IMG/VR virus record: IMGVR_UViG_3300009008_000008
Coordinates: 108,048-128,047 of that record
Strand: one strand, 5' to 3'
DNA: 20,000 nt
Source of the DNA: an uncultured virus (IMG/VR IMGVR_UViG_3300009008_000008)
Lineage: Duplodnaviria; Heunggongvirae; Uroviricota; Caudoviricetes
Both the position numbers and the translations under genes were made by a program. The notes beneath the pieces were generated by a model. That model worked only from the letters and a program-made list of their open reading frames with translations. It did no database searches and was not told the DNA's origin. Position 1 is the stretch's first letter, and every line of letters starts with the position of its first letter. This document shows positions 1 through 9,058 of this stretch, in pieces.

Positions 1-1
1 C

Positions 2-3000
2 AGTTCCTTGACGGCTGGTGTCACTAATCGTGTAGGCATGGCCATGACGGCTATGAAAGATAAGCTCGCCCGTGGTGTTGGTTCTATGGTGGGTCACGTA
101 CAAAATGGCTTAGGTAGCCTAGCCAACAGTCCGATGGTGACCTCGGCTTTCGATAGTATTAAAAACCTGGGCAACAAAGGTATGCTCAAGTTTGGGGAGA
201 TGGTAGGACATGTCCAAGGGTTTGCCTCCAAAGGTATGACGGCTTTGGGTGGCCTTACTTCTCGCGTCACTTCCTCAATAGGGTCTCTCGTATCTTCGGG
301 TACCGCCTCCCTATCAGGAATGGCTGGTCAAGCACGTACAACCTTCGGTTCCTTAACCTCCTCTGTTACGTCCACACTTGGAGGACTTGCAGCCAAAGGT
401 AAAGCGAGTTTGGCAGGTCTTGCATCTTCTGGACGTGGTTCTCTTGGTCGCCTTGCTTCAAAAGGTGTTGCGTCTCTCTCAGGTCTAGCCTCAAAAGGCT
501 TGGACCTTCTAGGTTCCTTAAAAGACAAAATGGGTGAACCAGCACTTCCAGGGGGAGGTGGTCCTCTTCGTAAGATCGGCAAAATGTTTGGGCCCGTTGG
601 TAAGCTTTTAAGTAAAGCGGCCCCGCTTTTAAGTAAAGCGGCACCCATTGCTATGGCAGGCATGGCACTTGTTGACGGTGTTTCTGCCATCAGCAGATCT
701 GCTGATATCTTTGGAAAAGCAGAAGGCGAAAAAACCTCCCTTGGTGAAGATATCTCCGCCGGTCTTGGTGGTGCCCTATCAGGTTTTACTATGGGGTTTA
801 TCGGGGAAGATACGCTCGCCAAGGGTATTCATGGGGTTGGCTCTGCTGTTAGCGATGCCGTATCTGGTATTGGGAATGTCCTTACCTTTGGCCTTTTCAG
901 TGACGATGATGGGGGTAAGGAGGATAAAAAGAAGAAAGAAAAAGAGGTACCGAAGGTAGAGCCTAAGTACGTGGAACCACCATCCCTTCTCAATCGTATG
1001 TCTTTCGGATTATTTGGGGATGACGGTACTACCGAGGAAGAAGCGAAGGCCGCCAAGAGAAAGGCTATTATTCCGGCTCAGGTAGATGGTGTGGCACCAG
1101 AGGAACAAAAAGCTCTGGTGGACACCCACATGCAGTCCTACATTTCAGATGCTGAAGTACCTGCTGGGGTAGCCGGAGACCAGTTTAAAACAAACCAGCT
1201 GGTATACGCCGAGCGATCTAATTGGGTATCTGAAGCCGAATCCGCCGACCTGCAACCTAACTTGATGGCTAAACGAAACTTTCGAGCTCAGATGACCAGC
1301 AAGGTACATGGTCAATGGGCACCTGAACAACAAACACAAGAATCGGAGGTAGCACAAGCGGAAGCCAAGGCAGTAGCAACGGTTCCAGCCGGAGCGGAAG
1401 AAGCCCCATCTATCTTGGACAAGGTGCTTGATGTCGCATCCATGGTATCCCCAATAGGTATCATAGGGAAAGGAATATCCGGCTTATTTGGAAAGGAAGA
1501 CCCTGCTGTTGTTGATCAAGCAGTACTAGGAGCCGAAGCACAAGAACAATCCTTGTTGTCTAAGGTAGGCAGTGCCGTGGCCTCCCTTACTCCATTCGGA
1601 TTAATCTCCAAAGGGCTAGGCGCCATCTTTGGGGATGACTCAGCCCCTGATCCGGTGGCCGCTGAAGCTGTAGCCCAGAGATCAGCCTCTGAGGCGTCGG
1701 CCTCTGCTAGTTCCTTGTTAGATAAAACTTGGGACGTAGTAAAATCTGTTTCTCCGATAGGATTTATTTCTAGTGCCCTTGGTGGTCTCTTTGGTGATGA
1801 TACTACCCCTGTTGATTCTGCTGTAGCGGGTGCCCAGGCAAAAGAGGCTTCTCTGTTATCTAAGGTAGGGGACGCGGTATCCTCGATTAATCCCTTTGGT
1901 TTGATTTCCAAAGGGCTAGGCGCCATCTTTGGTGATGACTCAGCCCCAACGCCAGATGAAACCAAGGCCGCCGTTCAAAGTGCCGCTGATAGGGCAATGT
2001 CGGCAGGGCAATCCTTGCTGACCGCCACTAAAAATATTGTAGACTCAGTACCTATCTTGAGTACTATTTCGTCAGGAATCTCCAGTTTATTTGGAGGAGA
2101 CGCCTCCGTGGCGTCTCCTGTTGGAGTAGCCCCTGGTGCTACGGTGCCCCCTCAGACTATTGAACAACACATGGACCAATGGGTGGCTTCTGCCGCGGTC
2201 CCTAACTCTGTTGTACAAGCCTCTGAGAATACTCATTACTCTTTTGTTGAAGCCCAGCGGGTACAATGGGTACAAGAGGTAACGTCTGCTATTAGTGCCC
2301 CTTCTGGCGAAGACCTGCAGATGTTTAGGCTCAAGTTCCTGAAACGTTTGCGGGACCTCAAAACAGATTGGATGAAAGGACGTGAATCAGAGGCTCGCTC
2401 TTTGGCGGCGGAAGTTTCTGCTCCTGTGGAGAGTGGTTTCCTCGCAGGGCTAGGAAACCTTTGGGATTCTGTAGCATCAACTGCTCAGAACGTGATACAA
2501 GTCGTGGCCCCGAAAGTACAGGCCGCAATCCCTGCTATTACGGCGGCCACTCAAAAAGGACTGGAGTCGGTGGCTCCTGGTGTGTCTCAAAAGATACAGT
2601 CTTTCACAGGAATCGACCAATCTACGATTAAAGGTACCGGGGGTACCCCTCCAGTGCCATCCGGTGCTATCACTTCCCCATCGTATGCCATGCCTCCAAC
2701 TACCATGGGAGGACCGGGCGCAGCCTCTGGTGGGCAGTCGATACCTACTGGTTCCGCAGGGTCCGTGCGGGCTCCGCAGGAAGCGACTCGGGCAGTACAA
2801 GAGCAAAAGATAGGAGATGCTACTCCTAAAGGTCCTACGGCCCAAGGAAGTACAAGACCTGTCGTGGCCTCGGCTCCGAGAATAACGGCTCCAACACCAC
2901 CTAGTACAACGACAAGGGTTGGGCCTGCCCCTGCTAAAGGTGGTGGAGGTTCGCCCGCACCGCCTAAGCCCCCAAAACCAGCGACACCCACAATCAAACT

Positions 3001-4402
3001 TCCATCGGGGCCTGTTCCGCCTTCCCCTGCTACTATGGCGGCAGCAGTAGGTCCTGCAAAACCAAAAGAAGGAGGTCTTTGGGGTGCCTTGAAGTCTGGT
3101 GCCTCTGCGGTGGCATCTGGGATCGGTTCGCTGTTCTTCGGAACAGCGGAAGCGGCGTCGGCTCCCACGACCAAGGGGTCTGCCCCTGCCCCTGGAAGTG
3201 CTGGTTCACCCACCAGCCAAGCACTTCCCGTGGTTGAGCCCGCCGCTATAACTACACCCGCACCTACTGCGTCTTCTACAGTCGTTCCTTCTGGTACTCC
3301 TATCCAACCTCCCGCGAGATCCACAAAACCGAAAGGTCAAGTTACAGGTGGGATGGCCGGTGTAAAGGCCATGATTAAACAGCACGAGGGCCTACGTCTT
3401 AACGTGTACAACGATAGTGTTGGTCTACCAACAATTGGGTACGGCCACCTCTTGCGCCCACACGAGAAACATCTAAGGTCCATCTCAATGCCCCAAGCGG
3501 ATGCCATGTTCGAGACGGACTTTACCCATCATAAAAAAGCCGCAGAACGGATTCCTGCTTTCCCCCAGATGAGTGAAGCTGGTCAGGGCGGACTTATTGA
3601 CCTAACATTCAACATGGGGCCTGCTTGGTACAAGAAGTGGCCTAACATGATGAGCCAACTCAAGAACGAAGATTACGAGGGCGCAGCCAATAATCTACTG
3701 GACTCAAAGTACGCTCGACAGGTACATGGACGTGCCAACACTGTGGCATCCTTGATACGGGCAGGGGGTGACGGATCCCCATCGGCAGATTCAGGTCCTC
3801 CTCCCGAGACATCAGCTGCTATTGGTGAATCGGTATCTGCAGCTGTGCCCACAGGGGGTCCTCCAGCGGGATCTGGTGGCGGAGGGGCGCCAACATCGCC
3901 TCAGGTCCCTGAAGTGCCTGGAGCGGCCTCTCCAAGGGCAGGAGGTGGTGCTATCCCGACAGGCGGAGCCATCATAAACGGTTCGACAGTTCCTGCAGGG
4001 CTTGGCCTTCCTTCTGTCCGCAGTGGTACCCAAGGTGAATCTCCTGGCTCTCGGGCAGGGTTCCCTTCCGTTCGTCGTGGTCGTAGGGGAGGTAAAGCGG
4101 CTCCCGCCCGTGGAAGAATTCGTGAACGCCAACGACCTTCCGTAGTATCGGGTGTGACCCAACCAGCACCGAATCCGTCTGCTGTGTTGGCAGAAGCAAC
4201 ATCCGCCAATAATTTACTTATGAGTGAACCCCGGGCCAAAAAAGAGGCCCGTGTTGCTTCGGGTGGTCCACCTCGTGGTGGAGGTGGTGCGGCTCCTGCT
4301 CCAACTGATGCTCGCGGTGGCAAAGGTGGGGGTGGTTCACCAGAAAAGAAAACATCCATCGACGACCCCTTGTTGATGCTGGCTTCTATGGAGTTATTTT
4401 AA
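2..4402 (+). CDS. Tape-measure-like tail protein with C-terminal-region T4-type lysozyme domain (5'-partial)
   Basis: Frame is open from base 2 (AGT TCC TTG...), so the TTG at 8 is probably not the true start. Ala/Gly/Ser-rich 11-residue periodicity (GLAAKGKASLA/GLASSGRGSLG/RLASKGVASLS/GLASKGLDLLG), amphipathic repeats, lysozyme domain, and position directly upstream of baseplate genes. Confidence 0.8.
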   Translation, partial: SSLTAGVTNRVGMAMTAMKDKLARGVGSMVGHVQNGLGSLANSPMVTSAFDSIKNLGNKGMLKFGEMVGHVQGFASKGMTALGGLTSRVTSSIGSLVSSGTASLSGMAGQARTTFGSLTSSVTSTLGGLAAKGKASLAGLASSGRGSLGRLASKGVASLSGLASKGLDLLGSLKDKMGEPALPGGGGPLRKIGKMFGPVGKLLSKAAPLLSKAAPIAMAGMALVDGVSAISRSADIFGKAEGEKTSLGEDISAGLGGALSGFTMGFIGEDTLAKGIHGVGSAVSDAVSGIGNVLTFGLFSDDDGGKEDKKKKEKEVPKVEPKYVEPPSLLNRMSFGLFGDDGTTEEEAKAAKRKAIIPAQVDGVAPEEQKALVDTHMQSYISDAEVPAGVAGDQFKTNQLVYAERSNWVSEAESADLQPNLMAKRNFRAQMTSKVHGQWAPEQQTQESEVAQAEAKAVATVPAGAEEAPSILDKVLDVASMVSPIGIIGKGISGLFGKEDPAVVDQAVLGAEAQEQSLLSKVGSAVASLTPFGLISKGLGAIFGDDSAPDPVAAEAVAQRSASEASASASSLLDKTWDVVKSVSPIGFISSALGGLFGDDTTPVDSAVAGAQAKEASLLSKVGDAVSSINPFGLISKGLGAIFGDDSAPTPDETKAAVQSAADRAMSAGQSLLTATKNIVDSVPILSTISSGISSLFGGDASVASPVGVAPGATVPPQTIEQHMDQWVASAAVPNSVVQASENTHYSFVEAQRVQWVQEVTSAISAPSGEDLQMFRLKFLKRLRDLKTDWMKGRESEARSLAAEVSAPVESGFLAGLGNLWDSVASTAQNVIQVVAPKVQAAIPAITAATQKGLESVAPGVSQKIQSFTGIDQSTIKGTGGTPPVPSGAITSPSYAMPPTTMGGPGAASGGQSIPTGSAGSVRAPQEATRAVQEQKIGDATPKGPTAQGSTRPVVASAPRITAPTPPSTTTRVGPAPAKGGGGSPAPPKPPKPATPTIKLPSGPVPPSPATMAAAVGPAKPKEGGLWGALKSGASAVASGIGSLFFGTAEAASAPTTKGSAPAPGSAGSPTSQALPVVEPAAITTPAPTASSTVVPSGTPIQPPARSTKPKGQVTGGMAGVKAMIKQHEGLRLNVYNDSVGLPTIGYGHLLRPHEKHLRSISMPQADAMFETDFTHHKKAAERIPAFPQMSEAGQGGLIDLTFNMGPAWYKKWPNMMSQLKNEDYEGAANNLLDSKYARQVHGRANTVASLIRAGGDGSPSADSGPPPETSAAIGESVSAAVPTGGPPAGSGGGGAPTSPQVPEVPGAASPRAGGGAIPTGGAIINGSTVPAGLGLPSVRSGTQGESPGSRAGFPSVRRGRRGGKAAPARGRIRERQRPSVVSGVTQPAPNPSAVLAEATSANNLLMSEPRAKKEARVASGGPPRGGGGAAPAPTDARGGKGGGGSPEKKTSIDDPLLMLASMELF
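604..642 (+). repeat. 21-nt-period tandem duplication (LLSKAAP x2)
   Basis: gcttttaagtaaagcggc at 604-621 and 625-642, identical and in frame. Confidence 0.85.
1409..2105 (+). repeat. Five ~46-54 aa intragenic repeats (S-[IL]-L-x-K...P[IF]G.I...[IL]..[LI]FG.D) in an ABAB pattern
   Basis: Units start at 1409, 1550, 1712, 1850 and 2012 (spacing 141/162/138/162 nt). 1607-1647 and 1907-1947 are 40/41 identical, exactly 300 nt apart. Confidence 0.9.
3350..3770 (+). other. GH24 / T4-lysozyme-like muramidase domain within the tape-measure-like protein
   Basis: HEGLRLNVYNDSVGLPTIGYGHLL matches the T4 lysozyme N-terminus ([24 protein letters not shown]) with E-x8-D-x5-T catalytic spacing (Glu codon 3386). 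Also has LIDLTFNMG and AANNLLDSKYARQVHGRA. Confidence 0.92.
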
Positions 4403-5067
4403 TGCCCTCAGTTATAGCCATTGATGCAGTTCGGCAGGATCCGAATTCTCAAATCCGATTGACCTCTGAAGACGGTGCCGTCCCTTCGATCATTGGGTTT
4501 ATTACCGATGATATGCAGGTATCAGGTGCCGCTGAGTACAACGCTCCTTTTGAAACAGCGATGGCTAAGCAGAGCATACGATTAAACGCGCTCACCACCT
4601 TGGCCAACGACTGGTTCGGTGCTAAGATTCCACAGATGCAACTCAAGTCACGGGCTCATACTGTGAACATGTGGGTGTCCTCGCAACGTCCTAGCTTCCT
4701 GGTGTCTTTCTTATACCCGGCTCTTCGTGAAGGGGAAGACATTGTGGACAACGTAAAGTATCTGGTGGGTGCTACCTACCCGGATGCCGAAGATGGTGCC
4801 ATGACCACCTTGTTGGAAGCACCTAACGGCTACGCTGTAGGCGCTGGCGGGGCTCAAGACTTGACAACTGGTACCTCCCTGGCAGGTACTTGGATGTTGG
4901 AATATGGCCGGTGGTTCCGGGCAACCAACCTGGTCTTACGCTCTGCTTCTGCTACCATGTCCAAAGAGATTACTCCTTATTCCGGGCCTCTCTACGCCAA
5001 GATTGACGTGACGCTTGAACCCTACAGGTTGATTTCAGCAGAAGAATTCCATGACTACTTCCTGTAG
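4402..5067 (+). CDS. Probable tail-tube initiator / baseplate-tube junction protein (gp48/gp54-like by position)
   Basis: 221-aa ORF coupled by TAATG to the tape-measure gene and followed by a LysM wedge gene. This slot holds tube-initiator proteins in contractile tails; function inferred from synteny only. Confidence 0.55.
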   Translation: MPSVIAIDAVRQDPNSQIRLTSEDGAVPSIIGFITDDMQVSGAAEYNAPFETAMAKQSIRLNALTTLANDWFGAKIPQMQLKSRAHTVNMWVSSQRPSFLVSFLYPALREGEDIVDNVKYLVGATYPDAEDGAMTTLLEAPNGYAVGAGGAQDLTTGTSLAGTWMLEYGRWFRATNLVLRSASATMSKEITPYSGPLYAKIDVTLEPYRLISAEEFHDYFL

Positions 5068-5075
5068 GAGCCTAC

Positions 5076-5465
5076 ATGTTTTTCTTTGATCCTGATGTTG
5101 AGTCTGCCGATCGTTATGACCTATCCAAGTTTATGGCCTGGCGCGAGGACACCTACGATTTCCTTGACAGCCTATTCCTAGAACAGTTACGGTTGATCCC
5201 CCATAGGGGAGAGTTCATCATTCAAAACGAGGAACGTAGGCCCGACCTGATTGCTTGGAAGGTGTACAGGGACGTTCGGTACTGGTGGCTTATTCTACAC
5301 TATAATGATATCCCTGACCATGAAGAGCTCTTGTCTGGCATGGTTCTCAAACTCCCCTCTATCTCGGATGTAGAAGACCTGTATTTCAGGCTCCGCGCTC
5401 TTGAACGGTCTGCCGAAAGGTCAGGGGCTGTTAACCTTCCAACACTTGTGGTGACAGCAGGATGA
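5076..5465 (+). CDS. Baseplate wedge protein, T4 gp53-like (LysM-like)
   Basis: RPDLIAWKVYRDVRYWWLILHYNDIPD...SGMVLKLPS matches the gp53/tail-X LysM-like pattern. SD GGAG at 5067-5070. Confidence 0.8.
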   Translation: MFFFDPDVESADRYDLSKFMAWREDTYDFLDSLFLEQLRLIPHRGEFIIQNEERRPDLIAWKVYRDVRYWWLILHYNDIPDHEELLSGMVLKLPSISDVEDLYFRLRALERSAERSGAVNLPTLVVTAG

Positions 5466-6589
5466 TAGGCGTTGATGGCCAATACTTACTTTCATTCTCT
5501 CTTGGGGGCTTAACGGATTTCCTCGAGGAAGAGGACATCATTGACTTTGTCCTCATCGAGGATGCAGGTAACATCCTACCTACCTTTGAACTTAAGGTCC
5601 TGATTCGTGATCAATCGGTGATCTCCAAGTTTAACGAAGGTAACGTCATGAGTCTTTCATTTGGTGCCACCAAGGACGCCATGATTGACACCAGGCTAGT
5701 TATCTTTCGGTCGAATGTAACTCGTGCTGGTAAAGGTTCCTACACGTTGGTCATTCGCGGTATGTATGATGCCATCCCTTACATCTCGGATCCCAAGCTC
5801 AAGACGCACGATGCCAAGTCAGCAGTGGAAACCATCCAGGCTGTAGTGGGTTCTCACTTCACGCCAGACATTGATCCTGGTACTTCCTCCGATAGCCAGC
5901 AATGGTGGCAGTTTAATACCTCGGATAAAAAATTTGTTTCCGACTGTTGGATGCGTACCGATTTTCCCAACTCCTTCCCCCTTATTGGTATCTCCAGTGA
6001 TGGTAAGTTTCGTATGCGGGATGCCAAGCAAGCGGCAGGTCAATCTCCCGCTTACACATTCTCCTACGACCCAAAAGGACCTAAAGAAATAGGCATCGAA
6101 GGCGACTATTTTGCGGACTCCAATACGGGGTTTATGAATCTCTGGAAGGGATATGGAGAAGACCGCTTGATCTACGACATTGAAGCCGGTACCTCTAGTA
6201 CCGTGTCAGAAGAAGCGGAGCCTGTACTAGCCCTATCTAGTAGCCTAAACCGAAAGTCTGGTATGGGTAAACGAGTAGGGCAGATCGCGTTCAACAGTGA
6301 AAACGTGCACAACAATTACTTCGCAGCACAGAACCGTAACCAAATGAACCTAGCGGTATTCAGCTCTGCTAAGGTAACGTTCTCTTTTAGCAGTGCATTA
6401 CTCCCGGTACGGGTACTAGACCTTATTATGTTCAAGGATGACAAACCAAACAAAGCAGAAGCCGCCGATCATTACACAGGTCTTTGGTTTGTTACCAAGG
6501 TAAGTCGATCGGCTGGAGCCAAGCAGTTTACCACCCTATTGGAGGTGTGTCGTGAGGGCTTCAGCGATACCCAAGGGAGCTTCAAATAA
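5462..6589 (+). CDS. Baseplate hub protein (T4 gp27 / Mu gp44 / gpD-like)
   Basis: 375 aa, lies between the LysM wedge and spike genes, ATGA overlap with the upstream gene. C-terminal YTGLWFVTKVSR resembles hub-family termini. Mostly synteny. Confidence 0.65.
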   Translation: MIGVDGQYLLSFSLGGLTDFLEEEDIIDFVLIEDAGNILPTFELKVLIRDQSVISKFNEGNVMSLSFGATKDAMIDTRLVIFRSNVTRAGKGSYTLVIRGMYDAIPYISDPKLKTHDAKSAVETIQAVVGSHFTPDIDPGTSSDSQQWWQFNTSDKKFVSDCWMRTDFPNSFPLIGISSDGKFRMRDAKQAAGQSPAYTFSYDPKGPKEIGIEGDYFADSNTGFMNLWKGYGEDRLIYDIEAGTSSTVSEEAEPVLALSSSLNRKSGMGKRVGQIAFNSENVHNNYFAAQNRNQMNLAVFSSAKVTFSFSSALLPVRVLDLIMFKDDKPNKAEAADHYTGLWFVTKVSRSAGAKQFTTLLEVCREGFSDTQGSFK

Positions 6590-7341
6590 TGTCCATGTTC
6601 AAGATTGGAGAGCACATCAAAAAGCCGAACCTGTTATCGGTTCCCCACATGGGCACAGTGGTAGACAACATGGATCCGAAGAAGCTGGGTCGGGTGAAGT
6701 GTACGATTCCGACTATCATGGATGGCGCTCCAGATAAATTACCTTGGATCTATCCGATGGCGCCTATCGGGCTTGGTGGAAGCCTTGAGAGCTGCACCTT
6801 TTCTGTACCTGAGATGGACTCACGGTTGACCATAGTGTTTCCTTTCGATGACGTTCATGCTCCATTTTATATTGGATACTGGCGGTCTGAGAAGACACAA
6901 CCACATGAAACGTTTGATGAGAGCGAGGAAGGTGCCAAGTACCCAGAGATTTATGGGCACATCAACAGCAAAGGGGATTGGTTCCTGATTGCCAAGGACC
7001 AAGAATGGATGAAAGCCTACCACCATACTGGTACCTTTATTAAAGTAGACAAGTATGGTGACGTGTACATCGAGCAGGTTCGTGACATGTACATGGAAAA
7101 CGCTCGTGACATATTTATTGAGAATGGGCGAGACATCCAGATTGGGAATGGTCGGGATATTGTTCTGTCCAATGGGAATGACATCGACATTGTTAATGGT
7201 AACAACATCACCATTAACAACGGAACGGACATCAACATTGACACTGGTGGAAACGTCACGATTAACGTTGGAGGTAATGTCGATTTGACGGCTGGCGGTA
7301 ACGTGCGGGTGACCGCCGCCATGATTTTTCAAAATTCGTAG
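6589..7341 (+). CDS. Central spike, gp5/gpV/VgrG-like (OB-fold plus beta-helix, no lysozyme domain)
   Basis: GTVVDNMDPKKLGRVKCTIP...LPWIYP...FSVPEMDSRLTIVF...PFYIG is a Gp5 OB-fold signature; C-terminal 8-residue repeats follow. Confidence 0.9.
   Translation: MSMFKIGEHIKKPNLLSVPHMGTVVDNMDPKKLGRVKCTIPTIMDGAPDKLPWIYPMAPIGLGGSLESCTFSVPEMDSRLTIVFPFDDVHAPFYIGYWRSEKTQPHETFDESEEGAKYPEIYGHINSKGDWFLIAKDQEWMKAYHHTGTFIKVDKYGDVYIEQVRDMYMENARDIFIENGRDIQIGNGRDIVLSNGNDIDIVNGNNITINNGTDINIDTGGNVTINVGGNVDLTAGGNVRVTAAMIFQNS
7060..7323 (+). repeat. Eleven 8-aa beta-helix repeats of the spike
   Basis: DVYIEQVR DMYMENAR DIFIENGR DIQIGNGR DIVLSNGN DIDIVNGN NITINNGT DINIDTGG NVTINVGG NVDLTAGG NVRVTAAM. Confidence 0.85.
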
Positions 7342-7350
7342 GAGCCGGTA

Positions 7351-7656
7351 GTGCCAAATGATAGTCGTATTAGTGACATTGGGGTAGGGATTTGCTGTTG
7401 CCATTGTCCTGCCTGCTGTATTGGAATGTCAGGACATCTTATTACAGGGGCTTCCACCGTTATCTACGAGGGGATGCCGACCTCTCGGTTGACAGATATC
7501 GTGCTGGGCTTCTGTGGTCACACAGGTACAATGGTAACGAGTAGTACCACGGTTATAGTGGAGGGCTTGGGTACTGTTCGTATAGGGGACAATTTTGAGG
7601 GGTGCTTTACAGGTGTACTTGTGACAGGGGCCTCTACAATCATTTCGGGAGGGTAG
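7351..7656 (+). CDS. PAAR-like spike tip protein (T4 gp5.4-like), Cys-rich
   Basis: Three degenerate PAAR-type motifs (PNDSRISD, PTSRLTD, GTVRIGD), ITGASTV, CGH and a terminal GG. 101 aa directly after the spike; GTG start with SD TAGGAG at 7339-7344. Confidence 0.85.
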   Translation: MPNDSRISDIGVGICCCHCPACCIGMSGHLITGASTVIYEGMPTSRLTDIVLGFCGHTGTMVTSSTTVIVEGLGTVRIGDNFEGCFTGVLVTGASTIISGG

Positions 7657-7657
7657 T

Positions 7658-9058
7658 ATGTTACGCGGAGCCGATAACTGGGTTAACGCCCATGATTACT
7701 TAAAGAACCAGATTTTGATTTATAATTACCTGGATGAGGAGCAACGTCATAAGGTCATGATGAAGTTTTGGATCCTGGATGGTGTTATTTTAATAGAGGA
7801 TGGAGGCGAAGGTATAGACACGGATGTAATGTCTCCTATGAACCATGTGAAGAGCCTCCTGAATGAGTTAAAGTTCCTTGATCGGTACATTCGCACCAAG
7901 GATGGTCTCTTGCTTTTTGGTGAGGAACCGTTTGATCTGATGGTGTCCAAGCGTGAAGCAAACATGGCGAAATGGGTTACAGACCCTTACCTGCCTTCTT
8001 GTCAGATTGTGGTAGGGGACGACGGGCTCCCACGGGTTGTTGAAGGTTCTTGTCGGAATAAATACGACTACGAGATGCCCTTTAATAGCCGACCAACTTT
8101 ATTAACCTCTGAGCAGTTCGAAGAGTTATACCAATTGTTCAAGGTAAAGCAAGAGGCTGGTGAATTGTCTACTGCTTTTGATATCATGGTCAGCCTAACC
8201 GATTACAATTTGGACCAGGAGGCATTCTCCACAGAGACCGCCATTAATGGTTATGGGGTTAAAGAAGGAACCTTTGAAGAGTCGGCAGTCGCTGGTCAAA
8301 AGAAAGCCATGGGGATCGACTATAACGTGGTTCGCGAGATGCAAAGGATTCATGAGGAACTATGGCCCTACATACAAAATTTGAATCCGCCATCACCTAC
8401 GCCCCCACCCGCTGAGCTTATTGACACCGACGCCGAGCCAGACCCTGAAACTGGTGAACTACCAATGAAGCCTAACCCGCTCTCTTGGCCCTCCAGTGTC
8501 GTGGCTATCGCAGGGTTTCCACAGAATAGGGTACAAATCGAAGCTCTGGGAGGTGAAGGCCCTTCGCACAAAGGTATCATACCTGTTGGGGGTGGTTACC
8601 TTTTCCGCTTCCTAAACGTTGACGGTACTGTGAATACCACTATTCCCGACCCATCAGCGGAACCCCCAATTGATTATCTGGATGCTGGTATCCAATACGG
8701 GGATGTTGAGTGGGACGTCTCCAATTTTTCTTGGGTGCACTATTATATCGAAACAGACGATGATGAAGGTACAGAGGAATCCCACCTACATAAGTTAAGC
8801 AGTGGAGACTTTACAGGGTTCCCTCATGGGGCAGATACTCCTGGGGCAGGCACCCAAGAAAGGTTCCTCTCACTCGCCGAGCGTTGGGCTAATTTGAATG
8901 ATATACGAGAGAACCGTATACAACAGACAGGCACGCGTGTAACGGTGGAAAGTCAGTGGAAGATACTGTCTGACCATATACGCTATTTGGAGACCATTAA
9001 GGACCAGAAACAACAGTATGGTGACACCTTGAAGGAGATTTGTCCGGAGTTTACCTAA
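7658..9058 (+). CDS. Hypothetical protein, probably virion-associated
   Basis: 466-aa ORF filling the gap between PAAR and gp25, coupled at both ends. Acidic, with a Pro-rich linker (NPPSPTPPP) and a helical C-terminus; no recognised family. Confidence 0.7.
   Translation: MLRGADNWVNAHDYLKNQILIYNYLDEEQRHKVMMKFWILDGVILIEDGGEGIDTDVMSPMNHVKSLLNELKFLDRYIRTKDGLLLFGEEPFDLMVSKREANMAKWVTDPYLPSCQIVVGDDGLPRVVEGSCRNKYDYEMPFNSRPTLLTSEQFEELYQLFKVKQEAGELSTAFDIMVSLTDYNLDQEAFSTETAINGYGVKEGTFEESAVAGQKKAMGIDYNVVREMQRIHEELWPYIQNLNPPSPTPPPAELIDTDAEPDPETGELPMKPNPLSWPSSVVAIAGFPQNRVQIEALGGEGPSHKGIIPVGGGYLFRFLNVDGTVNTTIPDPSAEPPIDYLDAGIQYGDVEWDVSNFSWVHYYIETDDDEGTEESHLHKLSSGDFTGFPHGADTPGAGTQERFLSLAERWANLNDIRENRIQQTGTRVTVESQWKILSDHIRYLETIKDQKQQYGDTLKEICPEFT

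Noticed and set aside
1409..2105. CRISPR array or DGR template/variable repeat pair
   Set aside because: Repeats are in-frame coding units; the single mismatch in the 41-nt pair is a synonymous G/T rather than adenine-specific, and no cas or reverse transcriptase gene is present.
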